Shown here: positions 25,133 through 38,202 of the stretch, piece by piece
How positions within the stretch are numbered: position 1 is the stretch's first letter
Layout: each line of letters starts with the position of its first letter
Assembly: GCA_964016885.1 (NCBI GenBank)
Contig: OZ024740.1
Location: forward strand, 442,060,001-442,124,000
Direction of reading: 5' to 3'
Length of the DNA: 64,000 nucleotides
Origin: Eledone cirrhosa
Taxonomy: Eukaryota
Made by a program: the position numbers and the translations under genes
The notes under the pieces: generated by a model
Databases searched by the model: none
What the model was told of the DNA's origin: nothing
Seen by the model: only the letters and a program-made list of their open reading frames with translations

Positions 25133-25959
25133 CAGGGTGGCCCAAAAGTCACACAGTGGTCGCAACTGTATATAATTTTTTTATTTTGTATTATTTTTCC
25201 TTTCTTTTCAGGAATCATATGAACTAGACCCGGGAAATTAATTATGGAAAAATACAGCACCGAGCAACGCACCCAAGTTGTGAAATTCTACCAAAATCAG
25301 GGCTTATCGGTGACACTATCGAGTGAGAGATGTTCCTAGTGACAGTGCAATTAGGAAATTGGTTAATCGTTTCGAAGAGCAAGGAGCAGTAAGTGATCTC
25401 TCCCGATCTGGGCGGCCTTGCACTATCAGAACTGATGAGACAATGGAAGAAGTTCGGGAGAGTGTCGAGGAAAATCCGGGCACATCGACTGGAAGGCGGT
25501 CAAGACAGCTCGGGATTTCACGAACTTCACTGCAAATGGTTTTCAGAAACCCTGACCTTTTTCCATAGAAGGTGCAATTGGTTCAACAATTGAAGCCCCA
25601 AGACTATCAACAGAGGCTCCAATATGCTGTCAGAATCCAGGAATTGGCGAGAAATTACCGAAATTCTAGCTAAAATTTAATGATGACTGATGAAGGCCAC
25701 TTTTATTTGAATGGATTCATCAACAAACAAAATTGGGGCTCTGAGACTCCGAGTACACAAACGTTATGGAAAGAGCTCGGTTGTGCGAAACCGAAAATGG
25801 CCTACATTTGAAAGATGTAATTTTTAATAGGTAATGTAGACGAGTGCAAAATAATTTCCATTATGTCCTTTAAGTTGTCTCAAAATTTCATACATCATTC
25901 TATACAATTCAAGAAGTTAATAAAAACTAAAATCCCTGTGGGACTTTTGGGTCACCCTA
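25133..25959 (+). mobile_element. Internally deleted Tc1/mariner-superfamily transposon (rosa/maT-like)
   Basis: TIRs CAGGGTGGCCCAAAAGTC / GACTTTTGGGTCACCCT with TA flanks. Transposase remnants PSDSAIRKLVNRFEEQG..RSGRP, STGRRSRQLGIS, MTDEGH..LNGFINKQN and ENGLHLKDVIF. Confidence 0.9.
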
Positions 25960-25989
25960 TATATATGTATAGTATATATATATATATAG

Positions 25990-26055
<66 letters not shown>

Positions 26056-26064
<9 letters not shown>

Positions 26065-26324
26065 TGTAAGTTATCGCCGTATTTTGACTAAAGAAATTAA
26101 AGAAATTATTTAGCCTGATAGTGGGGTTAAGAACCCTCGGAGAAATGGAAAAAGATGAGTATTGACTCCCATGTACGTCAATACTCATCTTTTTCCATTT
26201 CTCCAAGGGTTCTTAACCCCACTATCAGGCTAAATAATTTCTTTAATTTCTTTAGTCAAAATACGGCGATAGCTTACATTTCTAATAATTTCAAATCAAC
26301 TCGCTGTTTCGAAGATATTCTTAC
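26056..26324. mobile_element. Fold-back element (family G); 111-bp inverted arms 26056-26166 / 26177-26287 with a 10-nt loop
   Basis: Near-perfect palindrome flanked by (TA)n; one arm extends about 37 bp further; no hammerhead core retained. Confidence 0.8.
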
Positions 26325-26342
26325 ATATATATATATATATAT

Positions 26343-26397
<55 letters not shown>

Positions 26398-26451
26398 TGA
26401 AAGCAACTGGTGCGTGTGTTTCTTATTGGCAACATGACCCTCCCAAAGTAT

Positions 26452-26503
<52 letters not shown>

Positions 26504-26508
<5 letters not shown>

Positions 26509-26757
26509 AAAAAGTAGGACCCCGACGGCAGAGCTCAAGCCGTTTCGGCGGCTATTTCTGGACTAAATTAGAATTTTTAGCCTGGTGAATAAAAATCCAG
26601 GCTAAAAATTCTAATTTAGTCCAGAAATAGCCGTCGAAACGGCATGAGCTCTGCCGTTGGGGTCCTACTTTTTCCTATTTCCCACTCTACTACCCTAAGT
26701 ATTGAGTACTCTGGTGCGTTATGGTCCATCTGGGTCCTTACCACAATTCCTTTGTTA
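26504..26757. mobile_element. Fold-back copy of family E; 82-bp inverted arms 26504-26585 / 26597-26678
   Basis: Both arms contain the GAAA-CGGC..GCCG-TY 3' half of the hammerhead; the right arm runs on to the family terminus and (TA)n. Confidence 0.85.
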
Positions 26758-26936
26758 TATATATATATTAGGATTGGTGCTCTGAAATAGCGATGTATAC
26801 ATGAATGTATGTATAGTATATTTGGCAATGTATCGTATGTTTAATTGAAAACATTTAGAAGACCTTACGCTATCCTTTTAAAGTAGTGACTCTGCCACTT
26901 ACTTCTTTCGTCGAAAAGAAGTAAGTGACATAGTCA

Positions 26937-26984
<48 letters not shown>

Positions 26985-26987
<3 letters not shown>

Positions 26988-27236
26988 TAAATGGAAACTA
27001 TATTTATAAAAGCATATTTATTTTATTATATATATTTCAATGGCAGCAAGACAAATTATGGTGCGCTTTCATACAGATTTGTTTTATAAATAAATATTGA
27101 CATACCCGGAAAAAAGACAACCTTAACGGTTGGAGCTTCCTGGATAGATATATTTACTCCACTAATTGTTGAGTGCTTTATATCAGTTATAAAAAATGTT
27201 AAGCTTGTTGAATCCCAACAAATCAAATATAACCTC

Positions 27237-27240
<4 letters not shown>
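26985..27240. mobile_element. Older internally inverted family A copy
   Basis: 26985-27110 resembles 7634-7775; 27155-27240 resembles the reverse complement of 7533-7620; (TA)n flanks. Confidence 0.7.
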
Positions 27241-27290
<50 letters not shown>

Positions 27291-27293
<3 letters not shown>

Positions 27294-29192
27294 CAAATTT
27301 ATACGGGAACAAAACAGAGAGGCAGACAAATAAAGATTTATTTGGTTCACGCTTTTGAGAGTGGGGGGGGGGGACGTTTCGGGCATAAGCCCTTCTTCAG
27401 CAGTAAATAGGTTAGAATGAGAGTTCAGAGGGTGTGTGGAAATACATTTAGAAAAAAGGGAGAAGGAGAAAAAATAAAAATAAAAATAAACGTAAAAATA
27501 AACATAAGAATAAACAATAAGATGAACAAGTGGTGGAAGGGTGTGAGGCTTGTAAGAGTGGTGGCGGGTGGAGTTGGGAGAGGGAGGCGGGGGGTCGAAG
27601 CGAGGAAGGCTGAAGGTGGTGTTTGTGTATGTGTGTAAGTGTAGGTGAGTGTGTGTGCGTGTGTATGTGAGAGTTTCAGGAAGAACGAGGTTCAATGTTC
27701 AGGAAAAGGTGTGTGCGTGGGGTGGGGTGTAAGTCGGTGTGTGCGTGCGTGTGGAAGGAAAGGGGTCAGGGGTGGGGGAGGTGGCGTGTGGATTCCGGAG
27801 GTTGTGTATATGTGGGGGTACGCACGTGTGTGTTTGTGTTTATATGTGGTATGGATGTGGGTGGCGTGGTGCGAAAAAAAATGTGTGAGTGTATGTTCGG
27901 GGTTAAGGTCCTGAGGTAGTTCCGTCAGATGCTGGATATTTTTCAAGTTATGGAGTGGATGGTTGGAGAGATGCGCGCGCAACAGGAAGTGGTCAGAGGG
28001 TCAAGACCGGGTGAAGAGATAGCAGTAGAGCGGGTTGACAGATGGAGTGAGGTGGGGACTGTGTGTGTGTCTGTGTGTGCGGAGGTGCGGTGGACAGGGG
28101 AGAGGATGGGTAGGTGTGAAGGGTGGAGGGGGAAGGTGGGGAAGTGGGGTGATGGGGTGTATATTAGTAGAGGTGTTAGTGAGATGTGTGTGCGTGAAGG
28201 GGTGTGGGTGGATCGGGGAGAGGGAGAGAGAGAGAGGGAGAGAAGAGGTGTTGGGGCTGGAGGAGGGAGTGTAGTATACTGGTGTGTGTGTGCGTGTTTG
28301 GATGAGTGTGTGTGTGGTAAAGGGGGTGTTAGTGGGTGTTAGTATTACATGTGATGGGGAAAGGGTGGAAAGCGGGTGTATAAGTGGGGGTTAGTGGTGG
28401 TTGGGTGTGAGGAGTGGGTGGTGTACATAGGTGTGGGTGTGTGTGTGTGTGATGGTGTGTGTTCGTGTGCGTGGGGTCGGGGGGAGTTTAGTGATGTTAG
28501 TTGTGGGGTGGTCGGAGTGGATGTGTGGGTGAGGGTTAGTGGTGGTAGTAGGGTGTGTGGATAGTGTGTGTACGTGTATATATGTTCAGGTGGGTGTGTG
28601 CGTGTTAGGGGAGGAGTGGGGATGTTAGTATAGTTAGTTGGGGGAGGGCCAAGGGGTGGTGAAAGGGGAAGTGTGTTAGAGGTGTTAGTGGGGAAAGGGT
28701 AGGGGGAGGGTGGGCGGTCGAAGGCTAAAGGAATAGGGTGGGGAGTTCGGGCCAGGGGGGGTGTGGGTCTGGAGGGTGAAGATGGTGCGTTGTTCGACCG
28801 TGAAGCAGGTGTTCCATGGCATTGGAGAAGGCCACAAACTGTGAGGTGGTGGGCGGAATGTCCAGGGGAGCGAAAGTGGCGGGCGATCAGGGAACTCCAG
28901 CCGAGGCGAATATCCCGGAGGTGTTCCGTGAAACGGTCCGCCATGACGTCCAGTCTGTCCGACGTAGGTTGCGCTACACTCCGTGCAGCGAAGTCCATGG
29001 ACTAGGTTGGAGGAGGTGCAGCGGAAGGCGTGCCGGACAGAGAGAGAGAGTGGCCGTGGGACCATGGAAGGTGGTGGTGTTGGTGATGTGGGGGCAGGTG
29101 TGGCAACGGGGCCTGGAGCAGGGAAGTGAACCGGGGGGAAGGGAAGAAGAGCGTGGATTGGGAGGTAGCGAGGTGTGGACGAGGAGGGTGCG
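27291..29192 (-). mobile_element. 5'-truncated Penelope-like element: degenerate GIY-YIG endonuclease, long CA-rich 3' region, terminal pLTR with hammerhead core
   Basis: Frameshifted minus-strand peptides FRCTSSNLVHGLRCTECSATYVGQT, DRFTEHLRDI..IARHF..PGH and EQRTIFTLQTHTPPGPN (about 28745-29065). CTGAAGA-aGGGC-ttat-GCCC-GAAA-CG-TC at 27373-27400. (TA)n at both ends. Confidence 0.9.
27373..27404 (-). ncRNA. Minimal hammerhead core of the Penelope pLTR (3' strand of stem I replaced by poly-C)
   Basis: ACTG-CTGAAGA-AGGGCTTATGCCC-GAAACGTC. Confidence 0.7.
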
Positions 29193-31550
29193 GATATATA
29201 TATATATATATATATACTACCCTGTCCCCACCATTACCACCACTATCGATACAAACATTCAATTTATTTCAATAGAAAGTCTTTTGACACCTCAGCACAT
29301 CAGCCATACTCACTGAACCAGAACGATTTCTCTCCATCCCCTTTCTTGACCATTACCTTTTGTTTGGCACAAACCCTCTATGACAAATTATGTGAGTGTG
29401 AAAACGGCTATAAAGAACCCCCAAATACGAACTTGTGCGAAATTTAATGCACTTATTCACGTGATAGTCATAACCAACCAAATTACATTTATAAAAAAAC
29501 AATTTGAGCCACTTTTTTAAGTGAAAATGACAATAAAGAACCTTCAAACGTGAACGGCGCGATAGTTGATGTACTTATTCACGTGACAGTTATCAACCAA
29601 CCAAATTTTACTTCTATATGAAAAAACAACGATTTGAGCCACTTTTTAAAAGGTAAATACAATTGTATTTTTGTAACGCGAACTGGCGCGAAATTTATCT
29701 ACTGTATATATATTGTATATCTACTGTATATATATTGTATATCTACTGTATATGTATTGTATATCTACTGTATATATATATGGTATATCTACTGTATATA
29801 TATTGTATATATATTGTATATCTACTGTATATATATTGTATATCTACTGTATATATATTATATATCTACTGTATATATATTGTATATATATTGTATATCT
29901 ACTGTATATATATTGTATATTTACTGTATATATATTGTATATCTACTGTATATATATTGTATATTTACTGTATATATATTGTATATCTACTGTATATATA
30001 TTATATATCTACTGTATATATATTGTATATTTACTGTATATGTATTGTATATCTACTGTATATATATTATATATCTACTGGATATATATTGTATATTTAC
30101 TGTATATGTATTGTATATTTACTGTATATGTATTGTATATTTACTGTATATGTATTGTATATCTACTGTATATATATTGTATATATATTGTATATCTACT
30201 GTATATATATTGTATATCTACTGTATATATATTGTATATCTACTGTATATATATATGGTATATCTACTGTATATATATTGTATATATATTGTATATCTAC
30301 TGTATATATATTGTATATCTACTGTATATATATTATATATCTACTGTATATATATTGTATATATATTGTATATCTACTGTATATATATTGTATATTTACT
30401 GTATATATATTGTATATCTACTGTATATATATTGTATATTTACTGTATATGTATTGTATATCTACTGTATATATATTATATATCTACTGGATATATATTG
30501 TATATTTACTGTATATGTATTGTATATTTACTGTATATGTATTGTATATTTACTGTATATGTATTGTATATCTACTGTATATATATTGTATATATATTGT
30601 ATATCTACTGTATATATATTGTATATCTACTGTATATATATATTGTATATCTACTGTATATATATATGGTATATCTACTGTATATATATTGTATATATAT
30701 TGTATATCTACTGTATATATATTGTATATCTACTGTATATATATTATATATCTACTGTATATATATTGTATATATATTGTATATCTACTGTATATATATT
30801 GTATATTTACTGTATATATATTGTATATCTACTGTATATATATTGTATATCTACTGTATATATATTGTATATTTACTGTATATGTATTGTATATTTACTG
30901 TATATGTATTGTATATCTACTGTATATATATTATATATCTACTGTATATATATTGTATATTTACTGTATATGTATTGTATATCTACTGTATATATATTAT
31001 ATATCTACTGGATATATATTGTATATTTACTGTATATGTATTGTATATCTACTGTATATATATTATATATCTACTGTATATATATTGTATATTTACTGTA
31101 TATGTATTGTATATTTACTGTATATGTATTGTATATCTACTGTATATATATTATATATCTACTGTATATATATTGTATATATATTGTATATCTACTGTAT
31201 ATATATTGTATATTTACTGTATATATATTGTATATTTACTGTATATGTATTGTATATTTACTGTATATGTATTGTATATCTACTGTATATATATTATATA
31301 TCTACTGTATATATATTGTATATATATTGTATATCTACTGTATATATATTGTATATCTACTGTATATATATTATATATCTACTGTATATATATTGTATAT
31401 ATATTGTATATCTACTGTATATATATTGTATATCTACTGTATATATATTGTATATCTACTGTATATATATATTGTATATCTACTATATATATATTGTATA
31501 TCTACTGTATATATATTATATATCTACTGTATATATATTGTATATCTACT

Positions 31551-34500
31551 GAAAGATAGGGACATGTTAAGCTGTCCACAAATGTTCGTGGTTGCCTATT
31601 CAGATCACAAATTAGTGACCTGCTTAGTCAACCTTGACAAAACCCATAGACAGGGACTCGGCTACTGGAAGCTGAACTTGTCGTTACCGACATGCAAAGC
31701 CTACAGTAGACGGATTAGCACTTTAGTTAAGCAGCACTTGACGGGGGCCATTGTCAACAACAGATGGTGGTACTCTCTCAAGAGGGCAGTTAGATTAGAC
31801 TCAATAGGTTTTAGTAAAGAATTAGTGTTAGATAAAAATAAGACCGAAAAGGAACTGGTAGATAAAGTAGAAGAGGCACTTAGGAGTGGCAACGTAGCCA
31901 GCGTGCTAACGACGAGAACGGTCTTGGACCAGTTCTTCGACGCAAAGCATGAAGGCTGCGTTGTCAGAAGCAAAATACGTGCTCTGGGAAACGAGGGAGC
32001 CAAAGCTGTTAGCTGGGCCCGAGTGACGGAGGCCAAAAGTGGCAGCAAGTCCACGATTTGGTCTTTGAAGGACCAGGACGGACGCGTGATACGTGAGCCG
32101 AAGCAGATGTACGCGGCCTTTCAGCGGCACTTTGCTCAATTGTTGGGGCAGGGCGGCGCGTCGGGAGGGGCTATGGATTTCGGTCCATACCTCGACGGCC
32201 TACCGCAACTCTCAGACAGCGAGGCGAAGTTGTGCGAAAGGCCGATTTCGGCCGCTGAGATAGGGGGCGCGCTGAGCCAATGCGGCAAACGCAAATCTCT
32301 AGGTCTCGACGGTCTACCTTACGAATTTTACGTAGCAATGCCGGACTTGTTCTCCGGTCTCCTGGAAGCGGTCTACTGCAACTGGCAGCAGAACGGGAGA
32401 ATTTCTCAGTTCTGTGACCAAGGGCGTAGTCACGTTAGTCAGGAAGGACGAGAATAAGGGGAATGACATAGGCAACTTCCAGCCCATAACTCTGCTCAAC
32501 ACAGAGTTACAGATTTTGGCCAAGGTGTTGGCAAAGAGGTTGGCGTTTGTCGTCGAAAACCTGGTAGGAGAAGCGCAGACATGCGATATCCCGACCAGGT
32601 CCATACACGACAACCTCCACCTCATGTGATACATCATACAGAGGGTAGGGTATAAACCCGGCTTCAGTGGGGCCCTGATCAACTTGGATCAGTCTAAGGT
32701 TTTCGATAGGGTTGACCATCGTTAACTGGATGCGGTGCTCGAGGCGGCAGGATTCGGACCCGTGTTCAGGGGCTAGATTGCTGCAATGCACAGCAGCAAC
32801 ACCTGCTCAAGGGTCAAGGTGAACGGCTACCTCTCGGAGCCGTTCCATATCACGCGATCCATCCGACAGGGATGCCCTCTCTCCTCCCTTCTGTACGTAC
32901 TGACTCTCGAGCCACTACTGCGGAAGTTGGAGCTATTGCAGGGCATCCCTTTGGAACCGGGACTGCGAAAAGCGGCGTCGGCCTATGCTGACCACGTGAC
33001 AGTAATGGTGTCGAGCACCTCGCAAATCGGGGAGATCGGCACCTTACTGGAGGAATACGAAAGGTTCACAGGAGCGAAGCTGAACCGGGACAAATCCGTC
33101 GGTTTGCAACTCGGAACGTGGAGAGGCAGACCGATGCCTTCCGATGGCGTCGTCGGACGCTGGACGGAAGGACCGGTAAAGCTGCTCGGGGTCTGGTTTG
33201 GTCCGGACCTCCAGGTGGAGAAGAACTGGAACGAGGTTACGGCCAATGTGTTTGCACTCACCCAGAAGTGGGCCGAGTGCAAACTATCCTTGAAAGGTCG
33301 AGTGGAGGTGGCGAACACTTTTATAGCGTCCGTCATCTACTACCACTTGACCGTCGTGCCTTGTCCAGCCAAAACGCTCACCAAAATGGAGCGTGCGCTC
33401 TTCCAATTCCTTTGGAAGAAGCGGGCTCCTTTGGTGAGAAGATCCATCTGCTGCCAACACCCTTCAAACGGAGGGTTGGGGATGCCGTGGCTGACGATGC
33501 GCAAACACGCGCTCAGGCTGCGGCACCTCCACGTATTCCTCACCAGACAACCGGTGTGGGCCCGTGAGGCGAGCCTTCCCACGACTCGTCTCGTTGACCG
33601 AGCTGCAGTGCTGGGTCAAGCAAAGACCGAGGAAAATGGGAGACTGGCACATCGAATGTGCTCAGGCGCTCACAGTCCTCTGGCAAACGGACCCGGCGAT
33701 CAGTGGAGACTCCACTTCGACATTCTATAGAGGGTTGGTCCGCAGCAAGTGCGACGACACGCTCGGAGAAACTCTAGGCGTAGAGGAGGACGAACTGGCC
33801 AGTCTGTTCGGTAGGACCTTACACCCGGGACCAATGGACAACTTCCAAAAGTCCCTGGCCTGGCAGTGCTACTAGGAGCTCGACCAGTTCGAGACAAGCT
33901 CTACAGACACGGGCGCCCGGGTAGGGACCCTTCGAAAAAGATCTGTCCGAGATGCGTGCACGACGAGGAAACCGTCGTGCACGCATTTGTACACTGCCGA
34001 CGTTACCGACCTGTGGGGCTATGTAGAACGACTATTGTCGCGGGTGGGACCAATCCAGTTGACCACCGAGTCCATTGTCATGATCAAACCGCCACCCTCC
34101 TTCAAAAACGAGGGAGAGGCGGTTTTCCTATGTGTTATAGCTATGGTGAAAGAGGTTATATGGTGGACGAGGTTAAAAGGGCTGAGGTCAGACACCTTTC
34201 TCTCCGGCGAGCAACTGATTCGTTTTTTCAAATATCATTTTGGAAGAAGAATCAGGATGGAGAGAGAAGTGCTGTACCCCAGCAAATTTTATAAAAGGTG
34301 GGTGAATATGGCAAGAATGGCCCGAGTGGTTGGGCCTTCTCTCTATATAAGCCTGTAGGTTGAGGAAAAAGAGGAAGAGAGGAAGGGAGTACTCACTCTT
34401 GTTGCTCCTGGAGATGAGGGTTGTACATTTTTTCGGGGTGTGTACAACCCCTGTGTAACACCTCCCCCCTATTGGGGATTTCAATTGTTATTTGTTGTTT

Positions 34501-34589
34501 TATTAATAGTTTTATTTTCATATACCTGTATGTAAACTCCCCATTTGTATTTGTCCCCTTCTTTTGTGCCCTTGTGGCTAATAAAGAAA
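31551..34589 (+). mobile_element. Tx1/L1-clade LINE, 5'-truncated, ORF2 with stops and frameshifts
   Basis: SDHKLV..WKLN (endonuclease end), KSLGLDGLPYEFY, PITLLNTE, RQGCPLS, YADH (damaged YADD), GGLGMP, CPRC..ETVVHAFVHC; 3' UTR ends AATAAAGAAA. Confidence 0.93.
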
Positions 34590-36545
34590 TGTATATATAT
34601 ATTATATATCTACTATATATATTGTATATCTACTGTATATATATTGTATATCTACTGTATATATATATTGTATATCTACTTTATGTATATTATATATCTA
34701 CTGTACATATATTATATATCTACTATATTATATATCTACTGTATATATTATATATCTACTATATATATATTATATATCTACTGTATATATATTATATATC
34801 TACTGTATATATACTATATATATTGTATATCTACTGTATATATATTGTATATCTACTGTATATATATTATATATATACTGTACATATATTATATATCTAC
34901 TGTATATATATTGTATATATACTATATATATATTATATATCTACAATATATATTATATATCTACTGTATATATATTGTATATCTACTATATATATATTGT
35001 ATTTCTACTATATATATATTGTATATCTACTATATATATATTGTATATCTACTATATATATATTGTATATCTACTGTACATATATTATATATCTACTATA
35101 TATATATTGTATATCTACTGTATATACATTGTATATCTACTGTATATATATATTGTATATCTACTATATATATTGTATATCTACTATATATATATTGTAT
35201 ATCTACTATATATATATTGTATATCTACTATATATATTATATATCTACTGTATATATATTGTATATCTACTATATATATATTTTATATCTACTGTATATA
35301 TATTGTATATCTACTGTATATATATTGTATATCTACTATATATATTATATAACTACTATATATATTTTATATCTACTGTATGTATATTGTATATCTACTA
35401 TATATATATATTATATATCTACTATATATATATTGTATATATACTATATATATTGTATATCTACTGTACATATATTGTATATCTACTGTATAAATATTAT
35501 ATATCTACTGTATATATATTATATATCTACTATATATATATTGTATATCTACTATATATATATTATATATCTACTGTATTTATATATTATATATCTACTG
35601 TACATATATTGTATATCTACTGTATATATATTGTATATCTACTGTATATATATTATATATCTACTGTATATATATTATATATCTACTGTATATATATTAT
35701 ATATCTACTGTATATATATTGTATATCTACTATATATATATTATATATCTACTGTACATATATTGTATATCTACTGTATAAATATTATATATCTACTGTG
35801 TATATATTATATATCTACTGTATATATATTATATATCTACTGTATTTATATTATATATCTACTATATATATATTATATATCTACTGTACATATATTGTAT
35901 ATCTACTGTATATATATTGTATATCTACTGTATATATATTATATATCTACTGTATATATATTATATATCTACTGTATATATATTATATATCTACTGTATA
36001 TATATTGTATATCTACTATATATATATTATATATCTACTATACATATATTGTATATCTACTGTATAAATATTATATATCTACTGTATATATATTGTATAT
36101 CTACTGTATATATATTGTATATCTACTATATATATATTGTATATCTACTGTATATATATTGTATATCTACTGTATATATATTGTATATCTACTATATATA
36201 TATTGTATATCTACTATATAAATATTGTATATCTACTATATATATATTGTATATCTACTGTATATATATTATATATCTACTGTATATATATTATATATCT
36301 ACTGTATATATATATTATATATCTACTGTATATATATTATATATCTTCTGTATATATATTGTATATCTACTGTATATATATATTATATATCTACTGTATA
36401 TATATTATATATCTACTGTATATATATTATATATCTACTATATATATTATATATCTACTATATATATATTGTATATCTACTGTATATATATTTTATATCT
36501 ACTGTATATATATTGTATATCTAATATATATATATATATATATTG

Positions 36546-38202
36546 TAAGTACCTAGCTAAAAGTAAACCCCTATACGTAGCTTTTGTCGACTTGGAGAAA
36601 GCCTTTGACAGAGAACCCCGCTCCATTATCTGGTGGGCTCTTAGAAAACTAGGTGTTGATGAATGGCTTGTGAGAGCTATACAAGCCATGTATAAACAAA
36701 CAGTCAACAACGTTAGAATTAACAACGAATATAGTGAAGATTTTAGCATAAAAGTTGGTGTTCATCAGGGCTCCGTTCTTAGCCCCCTACTATTTATTAT
36801 TGCCCTTCAGGCTATAACAGAGGAGTTCAAGACCGGCTGCCCATGGGAACTCCTATATGCAGATGATCTAACGCTCATAGCTGAATCAATGGCTGAACTA
36901 GAGAAGAAATTCCAAACATGGAAGCATGGCCTAGAATCAAAAGGCCTTAAAGTTAACTTGTCTAAGACTAACGTTTTAGTTTGTAGGAAGGAAAATAGAG
37001 CACCGGTCCCATCTGGGAAATGGCCATGCTCAGTGTGTAGGAAAGGAGTAGGTAGAAACTCCATTTTATGTCCCAAATGCAAAGTATGGGTGCATAAAAG
37101 ATGTAGTGGGATCACAGGTAAGCTAACTAAGAATATAGATTTTATATGCAGCCGTTGCTCTGGTGCAATAAGTAGCAGCAAGTGCCCACAAAATACTAGC
37201 TCTTTCAATTCCGCAGAGGGTTCTATAGAAATAGTGGACACCTTCCGTTACCTGGGTGACAAAATCAGCAGTGGGGGAGGGTGCTGTGAAAGTACAGTAG
37301 CTAGAGTCAGAACAGGATGGAAAAAGTTCAGAGAGCTTATACCACTATTGGCCGCTAAAGGGTTCTCTCTAAAAATGAAAGGCAGGCTGTAGGATGCCTC
37401 CATACGAACAGCAATGTTGCATGGCAGTGAGACCTGGGCATTGTGTGCAGAGCATATACACAGACTGGAGAGGAACAAAGCTTGCATGCTCCGCTGGATG
37501 TGTATAGTAATATACGTGAACGGCAAAGCATAAACGAACTAAGGGAAAAATTAGAAATAAGAGGGATCAGATGTTGTTTACTCGAGAGAAGGCCACGTTG
37601 GTATGGTCATGTGATGCGCATGAAAGACGACAGCTGTATAAAAAAGTGCAGGGCGATAAAAATAGACGGTAGCCACGGAGTAGGCAGACCCAGAAAAACC
37701 TGGGACGACTTGATAAATTCTGACCTCACACACTTACACCTCTCCAAGACAATGTCACTGGACCGAGATCTTTGGCGCTACACAGTAATAGAGAAGACCC
37801 GCCTTACCTAAGTACAAAGCGAAACCTACAGTCAGCAGGCACCTCTAACAAAAATACACCCCTGTCCCAGTACCCCAACCCCATCCACACCACCCCCTTA
37901 AATGTGAAGTTATGTTGGTACTACAACATCCAGTCCTAAACAAATGAGGTCATGTAGGTGTCACAACAAAAACAGACACAGTCCAGGCTGTAATGTGGCC
38001 ATGTAGGTAGCACGGTAAAAACCTCCCAGTCCACACTGTAAACGTGGTTGGTGTTAGGAAGGGCATCCAGCCGTAGAAAACCCGCCAGACAGTCCTATAC
38101 AAGCAGGACAACCAATCTTGCCTCAAGTGGGAAAACTCCCGTCCAAACCCATGCAAGCATGGAAGATGGACGTTAAACGATGATGATGATGATGATGATG
38201 AT
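36546..38202 (+). mobile_element. RTE-clade LINE, 5'-truncated, with a PHD-like finger inside the RT region and a (GAT)n tail
   Basis: FVDLEKAFDR, HQGSVLSP, LLYADDL, CSVC..CPKC..HKRC..CSRC, FRYLG, RWYGHVMRM, GRPRKTW; tail GACGTTAAACGA(TGA)n. Confidence 0.93.

Noticed and set aside
25430-25700. CTGATGA matches at about 25432 and 25688 (also about 709)
   Set aside because: They lie in transposase or RT coding sequence with no supporting stems.
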